A stretch of 64,000 nucleotides of DNA from Glaucostegus cemiculus (taxonomy: Eukaryota), in contig CDPCPM010000044.1 of NCBI GenBank assembly GCA_976551045.1, positions 8,990,001 to 9,054,000 on the forward strand, in the 5' to 3' direction. The translations under genes and the position numbers were made by a program. The notes beneath the pieces are model-generated. The model did no database searches. It was not told the origin of the DNA and was given only the letters and a program-made list of their open reading frames with translations. This document shows, piece after piece, positions 13,280-24,220 of this stretch. The first letter of the stretch is position 1; each line of letters begins with the position of its first letter.

Positions 13280-14282
13280 AAGGGAGGAGCTGTCAGGGTA
13301 TACAGAAACCATAATCAACAAAAGGAGGGCAATGGTCAGTGGGTAACAGTAGCCCAACATCCCCCAGTGGCCCAACTGGCCACTTGTTTCCCATAGGGTG
13401 CCGTGCTGGAGGAGCTGGTCCCTTGGTTCTGGGTTTTAGCCACTGAGTCCCCGAAGTGAGCAGCCAGGTCGGAGGGGTTGCTGGATTTACCAGAGATAAA
13501 GGTGCAGTACTCCTTTGTAATCACCGCACATGTACCACCATTCGTAGCGAGTGGATCATTCAGGGCCATCTGATTCCACCAGGTTGCCAGCCTGACTGCA
13601 GCCAGCTCCACTGCCATTGTCATTTCTCATGGGACAGTCTGGCTGTGCAATACGGGGGACCAGGCTATCCTCTCGAGCCTCTCCATCTCTGCAATGGCCC
13701 TGCTGTCCCCGCTGTGTGCTGGATGCTACCCCTGTTCATTGAGTGTGGATTCAAGGCACCGTCAAACACTGGAAGACAGCAACTGTACCAGCCTGTGGGG
13801 AGCCACGGGTAGATACTGGAGCCAGAGATCCAGTGGGTCCCGTTCAGAGTTTAGGGATCCCCAGCTTAGTGGCACCATCAGCAGCGGTCATGGGGGCACC
13901 TGGACACCAGTCTCGTTCAAACTCACAATGGCTAAAGGGGAACTGTACTCATCCTGGAGTCTACACCAGCATTCCCTCGGCGTGCTCAGTAACTGTGGAA
14001 TACTCTGAGGGTTGGGACTCGCTTGGAGGTCAAATTGTATGAAGGGAAATATCAGCTCCTGAAACAGCTACCCCATTCGGAATCTCTGGAAGGAATGTGC
14101 AATGGTGGGGGAAATGATGAAGAACTGCCATCCAGCCCTCCAGAACATGGATGTAACAAGCCCGAAAAGGTGTAACAGTGAGACCGAACTGTGCCACACT
14201 GAGAGACCGAACCCGACAGACGCAAGAGAGATAAAAGGAAAACTAATAAAAAAACAAGAGAGAGTCCATATAAACAGTCCAT
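13280..14282 (-). pseudogene. env: Retroviral env remnant (signal peptide, SU end, TM immunosuppressive domain, membrane anchor)
   Basis: Signal-like MDCLYGLSLVFLLVFLLSLLRLSG. SU-end motif NGTHWISGSSIYPWLPTGWYSCC. WNQMALNDPLATNGGTCAVITKEYCTFI is a degenerate gamma-type ISD plus CX6CC. Frameshifted hydrophobic LTIALLLLIMVSV just before the PPT. Confidence 0.82.
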
Positions 14283-14659
14283 TCAGACAAGTAGCCAAAG
14301 GAATCAACGTCAATGGCAAGGCTTCAACGGCGTGTGCCAGGATTCAGGGGTAGATTCAACTGTTCCATATGCTCCATGGTTCCGTCTTTGGAGGTGCTGG
14401 CAGATCTGTGGGTAATTTCAAGGGGAGGTTGAGCAGACATCTTGTCAAGCATTGCAGTCAGCAGGGGGAGATAGAAGAGGGCAGAGCGGTGCCATTGTCC
14501 TGTAGCGGGGGAAACAAACTCATTCCTGGAGGGTCAGGTGTTGGGTATGGAGACATGACGGGTTAGTTCGACCCAGAATCGCAACCCAAAGTGTCCCTGG
14601 GACCGAGCGTAACGACTTCTCCCTTCTCAGAGGGTCCAATGTAATGGGTGGCTGCCAAC

Positions 14660-15150
14660 CCCTAGGGGGAGTTGAAGCAAGGGGGGAGCAGCCTTGTTGA
14701 AGTCCACTGTCATGCGCCGTGTCCCGTTCTTTTTGTGGACAGGCCAGATGGGGCTTTTAAAAGGGGAGGTTGCGTGCCTAATGACTCCATCCTGCAGCAA
14801 AGCTAGAACGGCCTCTGTACTATCTTGATGTCCCCTATATGCCGACTGCAGATGACCTTGGAGGGAGGGGGGAATAAAAGCTGGTTCCCATTTGGCCGCT
14901 TCAACCGCCACCGTAGCACAGGCGATTCCAAAAATGAACTTGCCTCGGTTGGTGTGTACGGACTGTCCCTTTAAGACATTCAACCCCAGTATGCATTCGG
15001 GCAAATCTGCAATTAAGGCAGCTACAGTCAAAGGAGTTTGGTTCCCAACAGCCATGTGGACCTTGACTTCCTTCACGGGCAAAAGGGAACACCCCAACCC
15101 CTCTAACTGCATCTGTTACCCAGGATGATGGTGTGTCGATGAGTGCCATC
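14660..15150 (-). pseudogene. pol: Retroviral protease and N-terminal RT remnant; rest of pol deleted
   Basis: Protease-like ALIDT and CILGL, then AKWEP and SPFKSPIWPVHKKNGTRRMTVDF, close to ERV-L AKWKP and SPFNSPIWPV.K.DG.WRMTVDY. No YxDD, RNase H or integrase was found. Confidence 0.85.
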
Positions 15151-15199
15151 TACCTCTTCACATTCCCTCTTCCCCAGTGCACTGCTACAGGTATATGTG

Positions 15200-16861
15200 G
15201 CCTCAAGTCTCCCAGGCAGGAGAGGGCAGTGGAACAAATGCGTCGGGACCCCTGGCCTTCAACCTGTGGGACGGGAGTGAAGGTTCCTGTGGGCAGAAAT
15301 GTGACATCTCCTGCTGCAGCAGGTCCCGTAGCTGAGCCATGAGCGCAGGAGAGGCCGTTTCAGGTAAGGGAGGAGCAAAGGCAATGTCAGCCTCGGCAGG
15401 GGCAGCCCACATGGTCCGGCTATTGGGGGCACCCCCTGAGTCAGGCTTGGAGCCGGGGTGGCCCCGGACCTTTCCGCGGCCAGGCTCCTCCCCGCAAAGC
15501 TCCATCTATACTCGTGCCATCCACCCCTGCACGCAACAGATCTAAGCACAGTCGCCTGCACGTGGGACGGGAGGAGGTATCCCCAGCCCTCGGACCTGGG
15601 TGGGCACCCACGCTTCATGTACTCCAATCCCTCCAGGAGGGTGATGGCATCCTGCACAGTTCCCCCCCCCCCCCCCAATCGGTCCCATGAGGCGCAGGAC
15701 CACCAGTCTCAATTCAGGATGTGCGGTGGCGACTAAGTAACCTGCTAGCACGCTAGTCGCCATGGTATTTTCTAAAAGATCCAGGTCACCTGCCCTCTCA
15801 TAAATACCTGTCACTAGCGCCCACTCTCTAATGACCTCTGTACCCTTGCTGAGTGTACTCCACTGGGATGTCCCGAGTAGGTCCCATTCCAGGATGCAAG
15901 GGTACCGGGTCCTCACTGCGGTCACTACCCGGTTCCACAGCGTGGAATCGTTCCCAGCACTCCCTGGTGACACCTGCAGGGCGTTGTTGATGCTTTGCTG
16001 GTCGGACAGGCTCCCCAGGGCACATGCCTCCTGGTGGGAGAGGCTCACATTGGAGGCCACCCCCATCCCACAGCCGGAGCAACCACGTGGCCAGGTGCTT
16101 GCCTGGTCTGCCAGCTGCATTAACTCCTTGATGGAGAAGTCCCGGGTCTCCGTGACCTCGGAGGGGCTCCGTGCATTCTCCCCTGGGGCTGCCTCATCCC
16201 TGTTCCCTTCCCTCGCGGGACGGACCGTGTCCGGACAGGTTGAGCCTGCAAGGGCTCGGGTACACAGGTGGGTGGTCATGAGTGGAAGGGCTCCTGCTTT
16301 TCAGGCACACCCTCCTTGTTGGTATCCATCCATATATCCCCATCTCCAAGCCATGCATCTAGCCAGTCGCCGCGCCGCGCCAGTAGCCAGGGCTTGGATT
16401 TTAAGGGGATCTGGCTGCCAGCCTGCTCTGCTTGCTGCACCTGGACCAGCCGGCAGGTGGCCTAGGTATCCTGGACAATTGGCCCAGGTCTGGGCAGTTT
16501 GTATTACCTCCTGGAGGGTACAACGCCATTGTCGGAGGGTCTCTATCTCTCTTTCCCTTACTAAGCAGGTATCCTGCAACTGGCCAGTAAACTCGACCTG
16601 GCGCCTCAGGAGGGATGCTAGGAGCCAGAGAGCACCCCTGGGGCTCCCCCTGGCACTGGGCAACCCTGACTGCTGGAGGAGGGTGACCACGTGGTGTCCC
16701 AATTTCTTACCACGTGGATCCAGCTGCTCAGCCCAGTCCACTGGCTTACCTTGATTTGCCAGCAGGCTAGCCAAGCTGCCGAATCTCTCACTCTCGTCTG
16801 TCCACTCCGGGATCCTCTCCTCTGTATCTGCACTAGACTTGTATTCCCGGTTCCAAAACAT
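15200..16861 (-). pseudogene. gag: Retroviral gag remnant, frameshifted
   Basis: Starts about 35 nt after the PBS (ORF 16301-16861) and continues in 15542-16279. ETRDFSIKELMQL and LRLWDG(G)/ASNVSLSHQEACALGSL match the ERV-L-type Gag core. No CCHC finger was seen. Confidence 0.75.
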
Positions 16862-16896
16862 TCTCCCTGCGTTTGTGTCTAGCCCAAATCCTCAAG

Positions 16897-16914
16897 ACCC
16901 TGCTCGCAGTGCCA
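16897..16914 (-). other. Primer binding site, tRNA-Ser type
   Basis: TGGCACTGCGAGCAGGGT lies 2 nt inside the 5' LTR end. It matches 16/18 to the complement of the vertebrate tRNA-Ser(UGA) 3' end as I recall it (TGGCGCAGCGAGCAGGGT). Confidence 0.78.
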
Positions 16915-16916
16915 AA

Positions 16917-17741
16917 TGTTGTGTGAAATGGTTCTTTTTGTGTCTTAAGGATCAAGGACTCTAGACATGAGCTTTGGATGTCAAAACTAGTTTAATCAGC
17001 AAGGCAAACACGGGACAGAGTGGATGGGAACAGACACACGCTCACTCACGTAGGATACCGCGAACACAAGAGGGAAATCNNNNNNNNNNNNNNNNNNNNN
17101 NNNNNNNNNNNNNNNNNNNNNNNNNNNNNNNNNNNNNNNNNNNNNNNNNNNNNNNNNNNNNNNNNNNNNNNNNNNNNNNNNNNNNNNNNNNNNNNNNNNN
17201 NNNNNNNNNNNNNNNNNNNNNNNNNNNNNNNNNNNNNNNNNNNNNNNNNNNNNNNNNNNATGTACAACTTCAGGATATAACAGTTCAATGCCTGACCCGC
17301 AGGAGCATTGGCTCTGAAACTGCCCAGTGTCTGAGTAGAACGCTCCCTGACCATGTGGTGGTGCACTCTTACCGGTGATCTCTGCAGCGTTGTCTCACTA
17401 CTCCTGGGGTTGTCAAAGAGGAAGAGCTAAGGGATGCAGCTCTTTTTATGGTGCTAGGAGGCTGGGTGGAGCCTCACTGTTGTGATTTGAATGAGGCAAT
17501 AGTGTAGGGGTCAAAGACAAAAGTTCTCTGCCACAGCCAATGGTCAAGTAAGTTCAGAGACAAAAAGGTACTGGTCAGGCAAGTTCAGATTCAATAGGTA
17601 CTCTCACACCTGAGGGGTGGGTGGAGCTGCACCTTGATTGACAGTAATATAACTTCCAATCAGAGGAGCAATGCTGTCCTCTGGTCAGTGGGGGTCAGTG
17701 TCGTTACTGTCACGTGGCAGCCATGTTGATTTCTCACAACA
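16917..17741 (-). repeat. 5' LTR (contains N gap 17080-17259)
   Basis: Direct repeat of 12522-13245, with tgttg...caaca termini and an adjacent PBS. Confidence 0.92.
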
Positions 17742-18879
17742 CCCCGACTGGTACCCATTCTCAATGAGCATCTCGGTCGAGTCAACTGGAATAGTCAATA
17801 ATTCAGTATTTTTTAGAAATACTTTGGCTGTTGCTGAATCAAAACAGCAGACAAATAATTCTCACATCGAACATTCAGAGGTACACTTACACCACTGCAT
17901 CCGTTTACAAACAGAACATGAGATCTCTTAAGGTGCAAAGATGTATCTAAGATACCCAATATTGCATCAAATTAGGGGATATCACATTTCTTGTAACTCA
18001 TGTGTTTCAGTCCAGAGTTTAGTTCCTATTTATTATAATCACGAGGAACAATGCCAAGTCTGTAAAATATCCATGTTCTGTGGGCCCGCCGCAAAATGTG
18101 GAACTGAGTTACTGTGCAGCTAATCTGAAACTGTTCATCTAGTGAAATAATATCCAACAGACCATTAATTTAACCATGTGATGTGTAATTCTCCACAAAG
18201 AGGCTTTGGGGCTTTGACAGTGGTCAAGGTGCAGTTCATGAAACTACCTGGTGGCCAAACTGTACACAGGGATGAATAAATGCTGTTTTGCCTATGATGC
18301 AGGGGAAGGAGTAGTGCTAAAATATATTGATCTCAGCTGGGAACATACTCAATGACTTGATTTGTCAAAGGGTCTTGAGGTGGAGACTACCTCAGGGGAC
18401 TGTGTTGCTCCATCATTGAGTGATCTCAAAGTGTGAGCTTATGCTATTCATGACATTGATTATTGCAAAAATCTCAGAGGGCTACTGCAGTAACAAACTG
18501 TTAACTCTCTGGGTTGGAATTATGCATTAGAAATTAAAGTGTTTTAGTATGCAGGAACCTGCTGATGTATTTTTTAAATGTCATAGAAAATAAATGATCC
18601 AAAGAGTCTTCTATTGTTAAAATAAATGAAATTCTTTATGAAATTGCAAAGAATGGAGAGAATTGGAAGGAATTAGAGTGAAGTGAACTCTAACATGCAC
18701 TGATATTGTTCTCCGATAACATGATTCCATTTCTGATATAATGCAGCCCTTCATATATTTATAACAGTGAGAAATATCCCGATACTCCAATACATGTATG
18801 CCATTGCCTTTCATTTACAATTGCTTCTGATAGAGCATGTATGGTAAGAGAAAGCATTTACACGGAGCCCTTTAACACA

Positions 18880-20753
18880 CGGAAGATCAATAGCAATTTC
18901 ACTGACGACAGGGACGCGAGGCATCTGTGGAAGGGAATTCAGGACATCACAGACTATAAAACTCCACCACAGGCTTGTGACGGTGACTCCTCCCTACCGG
19001 ATCAGCTGAATGACTTCTACGCAAGGTTTGAGGCTATGAACAACACACCTGCTTCAAAAGCCCTGCCTTTGCCCGGAGAACAGGCTCTGAGTCTCACCCC
19101 GATCAGCTTGGGGAGGACCCTGTTCCAGGTCAATCCTCGAAAGGCTGCGGGACCGGACAACATACCGGGGCGGATGCTTAAGGACTGTGCGGACCAGCTA
19201 AAAGATGTCTTTGCAGACATCTTTAACATCTCCTTGCAGCAGGCTGTTGTCCCAAAATGCCTCAAATCTGCTACTATCATACCTGCACCGAAGAAGTCCC
19301 CTGCAGTTTGTCTGAATGACTACCGTCCCATAGCTCTAACACCCATTATCATGAAATGCTTTGAGAGGCTAGTCATGAAGCACATCAGATCCATCCTTCC
19401 CCCAACCATGGATCCTCATCAATACGCATTCCGGGCAAACAGGTCCACGGATGATGCGGTTTCCTCTGCCCTGCACTCAGCGCTATCCCACTTAGAAAAG
19501 AAGGATTTGTATGTCAGACTACTGTTCATTGACTTCAGCTCCGCATTCAACACCATCATCCCACAACAGTTGATCGGGAAGTTGAGCACACTGGGCTTTA
19601 ACACACCTCTCTGTAACTGGTTACTGGACTTTCTCACTTGCAGGCTGCAGTCAGTCAAAATAGGTGGAAATACCTCAAGCACCATCACACTGAGCACTGG
19701 CTCCCCTCAGGGTTGTGTGCTCAGCCCGCTCCTGTTCACCTTGTTGACTCACGACAGCGTGGCCAGATCCAGCTCCAACCACATTGTTAAGTTCGCTGAT
19801 GACACGACAGTGGTAGGTCTCGTCACAATCAACGATGAGTCGGACTACAGAGAAGAGGTGAAGCAACTGGCCATGTGGTGCAGAAACAATAACCTCTCCT
19901 TGAATGTGGAAAAAACCAAGGAGATGATAGTGGATTTCAGGAGAGGTCACCGTGTGCACGCCCCGCTGACCATCAACAGGTTTGCTGTAGAACAAGTAGG
20001 CAGCACCAAGTTCCTGGGGGTGCACATCACTGATGACCTGACCTGGTCCATTAACACCACGGCCCTCACTAAGAAAGCCCAGAAACGCTTCTACTTCCTG
20101 CGGAGACTGAGGAAAGTGGACTCCCATCCCTCGGTAATGAAAACTTTTTATAAAGGGACTATCGAGAGCATCCTAACTCACTGCATCACTGTCTGGTTTG
20201 GGAGCTGCTCAGCTGCTGGACAGAAGTCCATCCAGAGGATAGTGAGGGCAGCAGAGAAGATCATAGGTGTCTCTCTACCCTCCATTGCAGACATATACAA
20301 GGACCAATGTGTTAGGAAGGCCAAAAATATAATGTTGGATCCTTCTCACCCCTCCCATCATCTCATCACACTCTTGCAGTCTGGAAGAAGGCTCAAATGC
20401 ATCAGGGTGAGAACAACCAGGCTGTGTAATAGCTTCTTCCCACAAGCCATTAGATCTGTGAACTCCCTCACCCCTCCATCTCTCCTGCCAACACTAAAGG
20501 ATGCTAGACGTACAGAAAGGCACCAGCACTTTAAATGTCTGCTGCCAGTTCACTTATTTTAAGACTATTTATTTAAGTTGCATGATTTAATTTAATTTTT
20601 GTGGTTCTAATGTTTTTCAGTGTCTTTCTGTCTGTGTGTCTCTTCTGTTTAATATTTAATGTGGTGTGCACCTGTGGAGGACGGTATCTCGCTCCTATGC
20701 ATACTGTGTGTGTATATGGTTATGACAATAAAAATGATTCTGATTCTGATTCT
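18880..20753 (+). mobile_element. Rex1/Babar non-LTR retrotransposon, 5'-truncated, RT ORF uninterrupted (18841-20562)
   Basis: [55 protein letters not shown] and KFADDTT. aataaa followed by a (GATTCT)n tail at 20735-20753. Confidence 0.92.
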
Positions 20754-20885
20754 CTTCAGGATGTCCCAATGCATCCTACTGTCGATAAAGTAAGTTTGAA
20801 GCACATCATCACAGCACAGCACAAGATGGAAGTGTCTATAACTCAGTGATTTGACTGAAGATACCCTTCATCTTTATCTATGTTC

Positions 20886-21037
20886 TATAGGGTCTTTCAA
20901 GAGACTGTTGGATAGGTACATGGAGGTAAATTAGATAGAAGGCTATGGGTAAGCCTAATAGTGTGGGGACATGTTCGGCACAGCTTCGTGGGCCGAAGGG
21001 CTTGAATTTTGCTGTAGGTATCTATCTTCTATGTTGT
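20886..21037 (+). mobile_element. Short CR1 3' end with 9-bp flanking direct repeat
   Basis: Same 3' UTR family as 189-938 (ggacatgttcggcacagct..gggccgaaggg). Flanked by tctatgttc at 20877-20885 and 21038-21046. Confidence 0.75.
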
Positions 21038-21679
21038 TCTATGTTCACACAGGACATAATTGGAACATGTGCAAGACATGAAATTAAAAGACAGTTGGAC
21101 CTGCTTGTGGAAAGAGCTGTCTATATTGTGAATTTCATTTGTGTCACCCTTACTCTCAGCAGGACAGCAGAATTAGCACACATTTTTAAATAATAAGATT
21201 TTCAAACAAATAGTATTTACAAAAAACAGGTTATTTCATGATTAGCGTTACTGAGAACTTCTCCCATGAAGCAATAGTATTATATCAACTGTCAAATAGT
21301 GGAGTCAATTAGCCGGGCTTGTTGCCTGCAGAGAGCTATCAATTGTCGCTGTGACCCATGAAGTAAATATGAATTCACCTTTTAAGGATCAGCCAAAGCT
21401 GTCCCAATTCAAATTGCTGAAGTTCAAAGCAATGACAGATGGATGCAGTTCAAGCCCAAAGCATGAAACAACACATCAAGCTCTGTACTTGCTTTGTTGC
21501 TTTTGAAGGAAAACTTGTTTGGAAACAGTAAAGAAGACAAATAGGGTGCAGCATAGGATCAGGAAAGATCTCTGAAGGTGTAACAGTGTTGAAGATAGGT
21601 TCATCTCTGAGTTGGAACTGTTGGATCATCTGAAAACTCACTGTGGGTGATGAAGTTTACAGCTCCATTCCCTAAAGAC

Positions 21680-22060
21680 ACAAGAAGTGGCAGCAGGAGT
21701 ACAGCATATGGCCCCTCATGCCTGGTCCGTTCATCAATAGGATCAATGCTGATCTGATATTTGGCCTCAGCTCCACTTTCCTGCCAAATCCCAATAACCC
21801 CTGATTCCCCAAGATTTCACAAATCTATTTTGACCTTGAATATATTTATTAATGACTCAGGTCACACAGTCCTCTGGGTTAGAAATTTCCAAAGTTTCAC
21901 AACCCTTTTCATCTCGATCTATGGTGCGTGACCCCAAGTCCAGAGATCATGCCCGTGTGTTCAACTCCCCCATCAGGAGCAAACACTTCTCAGCATCTGC
22001 TCTGTCAATTCCACCCAGAATCTGACAAGTTTTAATGAGCTCAGCTCTCATTCTTCTGAA
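21680..22060 (-). mobile_element. Old CR1-type 3' fragment
   Basis: Degenerate CR1 3' UTR and ORF2-end sequence (ggatcaatgctgatctg, ctctgggttagaaatttccaaag, ctcattcttctgaactc). Confidence 0.55.
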
Positions 22061-23264
22061 CTCTGTTGTATTACAACCATGCTATTATGATAAGTTATAA
22101 AGATAACTCTTCCTTTCCTTTAGATTTACATTATTGTAACCCTTTGCACGTTTAGAGCATTGAAGTCCAAAAAGTCACAATATGAAGAGCACAATGTGAA
22201 AGGGAAAGGTTATTTTCTGAAGTCTGATCTATGTTTTCACATAATAGTGAGAGATATCACTTTGAAAAATACATTGAAAAATTCTGGGCATGATTTTCCA
22301 TGTCTGTTGCCTGGTTAAACAACAGCAGGTATCATATAATGCAGACTTTGATTTTATTGACACTTAACAGTTTGACATTAACGTGAGAACTATCTGTATT
22401 TACTCTGTAACTGAAAATATTTTCAGCTGTTGTAACTGTTGTTGTTTTGTCGATTAATGAAAATAACAGCATTTTATAACTTTTATGAATTTGTTTAATT
22501 TTATATGAACTCTTGAATGCTTTTAGTTGTTTCACGCGCTCAAGCTCTTCAGCAACTTTAACACTTGGTTCAGTCAGGGCTGTGGTTTAGCCAGCTTGTG
22601 AATGCTGCTTATAATGATCCCATGTACCTGTGATAACTGCTGTAACTAAATTTTTCATTGCAACTGTGCCTACATGTACATGTGCATATGACAATAAATT
22701 CAACATGGCTTTGACTTTAACCAAGTTTTTCTATGTGTAGCCTTAGTTTTGGCTGTGCCAAAAAATGTGATCTGTGATTGGTGATATCCTGTAAGATTCA
22801 GGGTATTGTATGTGATTCTTGACAGGAAAAGTGTATCCCAGAATCTTCCCCTGTTGCTTTAAGTAATGCAGAATGCTGCTGAGCTGTTGAGTATTTCCAG
22901 CATTTTTTGTTTTTATTTTAGATCTCCAGCATTTGCAGTTGTTTAGATTTTTACAATAATTTAATGTACTTTTGACAAATACAGTTAAAGAACACCAAGG
23001 TAAAGTACAGCTGGTCAAGAAAAATGGTATCAGTGAATGCTATAATATCTCAGCAGGTCTGAGTGTGTATATGGAGTAAAAAGCCCAGTCAGGGAGGGAC
23101 ACTTCTAAAGGTCCTGTCAAATTACACAGCTAATAAAATGATGGGCCAAAGGGCCTGTATTGTGCTGTATTTTACTATGTTCTATGTAGTGGAGTGAGGT
23201 TGACAGTGTTTTACTGAATATTTTATTTGACCTGAAGTGTTAAAGTTTATGTTAATCAAGTTTA

Positions 23265-23653
23265 GGGAGTTCCCCTGATTAACTACAGTCACCTCCAGAG
23301 GTTGTGTAAAATGAAAGTGCAAGAGTTCAATAAATAAATATAACCCTCCTCAGTCACACATCAAACAACAGAGAAGGACAGAGGGAGTTACAGATATTGT
23401 TGCTGTGATGAACAGAGGATTCTTTGGCAGAAAGCTAATAAGCAGTGAAGTCAAAGTTAAAGAGCCCCACAGCCATGACAACACGTATCCTTTGCTGCTC
23501 ACGGTACGTTGTGATGTGTTTTATTCTCATTGATTTGTTGGGTGGCAATTATTTTCAACAGCTTGTGTGTCTGATTCCATGTTTCACCCAGTTGTTCCCC
23601 AGGTAGATGGAAAATATGAGGAGGAAATATCTTATGACAGAAATCTGTGCTGA
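23265..23653 (+). other. Candidate promoter plus two-exon small ORF (23408-23503, 23603-23653; 48 aa)
   Basis: kB GGGAGTTCCC 23265-23274, IRF-like AAAATGAAAGT 23308-23318, TATA-like 23329-23343, ATG 23408, donor GTACGT 23504, acceptor ttgttccccag ending 23602. The same layout is intact in two paralogs. Confidence 0.35.
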
Positions 23654-23789
23654 GGGGAGGAGGAGAGGGTAGTGAGAAAAGAAAGGGAGGCCTGAGACTG
23701 AGGAAAGGAGGAGAATGGAAAAAGCGCAGGAGGCCCAAGACAAAGAGCAAAGTGAAGTCAAAAAGTTAAAGAATGGTGCGGCATAAAAC

Positions 23790-24220
23790 TGTTCATGGTT
23801 GAATCTAGTTGCCAGGACTGGAGTGGACCCCACTGTGAGTCAGAATGATCATTCCTGCAGCAGCTGTTGACTGCTCCAGGAACTTCAGCTGAGGGTCAAC
23901 GAGCCGGAGTCTGCGCTTCAAACTCAGGGAGGGGTAGAGTTACCTGGACATTGTGTTCCAGGGGGCAGGCACATCCTTGGGATTAATTTCCTCAAATTTG
24001 ATCTGTGGTCAGGGATAGGAGAATGTGATTGTAGAAGAGGGAGGTAAAGGGAAGAGCCTCAGCCCTAACGTTGTCTACAGGGTCAAGGTTCTTTCTCTCT
24101 GTTCAGCTGAGGATGGGGACTGCAGCGAGGAGGTGCAAGCTGTCCGTGGTACCATGGCTCAGGGGGTAGGTCAAGTGGGGGGAAAATAGTAATGTAGTTG
24201 TCATAAGTATAGCACGGTTA
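23790..24220 (+). mobile_element. Ancient CR1 ORF1 remnant (paralogs at about 46045-46470 and from 58830, and inverted near 38880-39110)
   Basis: Translates as DHSCSSC*LLQELQLRVNEPESALQT, SYLDIVFQ and NVVVI, resembling the CR1 ORF1 zinc-finger/coiled-coil and the start of the esterase domain. Confidence 0.55.

Larger units (their letters stand above)
12522..17741 (-). mobile_element. Endogenous retrovirus, class III (ERV-L/ERV-S-like), internally deleted provirus
   Basis: Two LTRs with TGT...ACA ends, PBS and PPT in minus orientation, and gag, pro/RT and env remnants. Empty sites in paralogs near 44020 and 56830. Confidence 0.92.

Noticed and set aside
15831-16754. 307-aa plus-strand ORF
   Set aside because: Antisense shadow of the GC-rich gag remnant, with no motif support.
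17080-17259. N runs (also 31244-31430, 32150-32300, 51207-51385) and the X-containing ORFs
   Set aside because: Gaps or masking. Paralogous positions (12700-12750, 4660-4745) are CA/GT-rich simple repeats, so the ORFs through them are artefacts.
23608-23790. Charged coiled-coil-like reading EKKGRPETEERRRMEKAQEAQDKEQSEVKKLKNG
   Set aside because: Preceded by an in-frame stop in all three copies. Purine-rich low complexity explains the composition.
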